Position numbers and translations under genes: made by a program. From contig DAOVUF010000001.1 in NCBI GenBank assembly GCA_030632725.1, positions 1 to 44,916 on the forward strand: DNA of 44,916 bases, read 5' to 3'. The stretch's first letter is position 1, and each line of letters begins with the position of its first letter. This DNA comes from Gammaproteobacteria bacterium (GTDB lineage Bacteria > Pseudomonadota > Gammaproteobacteria > Beggiatoales > Beggiatoaceae). This document shows, one piece after another, positions 44,817 to 44,916 of this stretch. The notes below the pieces were generated by a model. That model did not search any database, was not told the origin of the DNA, and saw only the letters and a list, made by a program, of their open reading frames with translations.

Positions 44817-44916
44817 ATATATTTTACCTATATTTATCACAAACACCAACTTTACGAACTCAAACCAACAAACAATCTATCTCACTCCACAGCACCGCTC
44901 TCGCTCAACACACATC

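Noticed and set aside
44821-44916. G-poor, C/A-rich 96-nt tail at the right edge (…caaacaccaactttacgaactcaaaccaacaaacaatctatctcactccacagcacc…)
   Set aside because: The strand-asymmetric composition is visible, but the tract is truncated by the window. It has no start codon or recognisable motif, so it cannot be interpreted.
1-44916. tRNA, rRNA, transposase, integrase or cas genes
   Set aside because: I scanned for T-loop-like GGTTCGAATCC-type motifs and for long unassigned ORFs. None were found. All MITE families therefore appear non-autonomous within this window.

Overview
AT-rich gammaproteobacterial chromosome segment. The gene content and the cyanobacteria-like TA and repeat load suggest a large sulfur bacterium (Beggiatoaceae-like), but that is a guess, not a computed result. 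All calls rest on reading the supplied translations and the DNA by eye; no BLAST or HMM search was possible.

Housekeeping genes identified by colinearity with well-known orthologues:
- capD/wbpM-like dehydratase, alr, dnaB
- rpsF-rpsR-rplI (no priB)
- mpl, ubiX, rnfE-rnfA, lptF, pepA-like, M18 aminopeptidase
- ABC exporter, modB-modC, trmB, thiG

These are interleaved with accessory material:
- a truncated TPR-sensor class III nucleotide cyclase at the left edge (missing from the ORF track)
- a 1434-aa secreted repeat protein with a poly-Asp tract
- a secreted two-gene operon with a consensus sigma70 promoter
- a Clp/Hsp100-like ATPase with a degenerate first AAA module
- a class II Fic protein and a KilA-N protein
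- five toxin-antitoxin modules, all inactivated by small palindromic elements

Nearly every intergenic region holds at least nine families of MITE/REP-like repeats. I label them A-H plus heptamer arrays. Two families show clean target-site duplications (8 bp and 11 bp). One 39-42-nt hairpin family sits inside coding sequences, twice in frame. No transposase, tRNA, rRNA or CRISPR array was found.

The best candidate for an undescribed system is at 4219-6626. It is a MITE-bracketed islet between capD and alr carrying a decayed Phd/YefM-like gene, a split ABC/OLD-type ATPase and a tightly coupled 184-aa protein with a PD-(D/E)xK-like D...ExK hairpin motif.

Several track ORFs are artefacts: translated repeats, antisense shadows, or over-extended alternative starts. 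Starts were re-evaluated where the sequence allowed.
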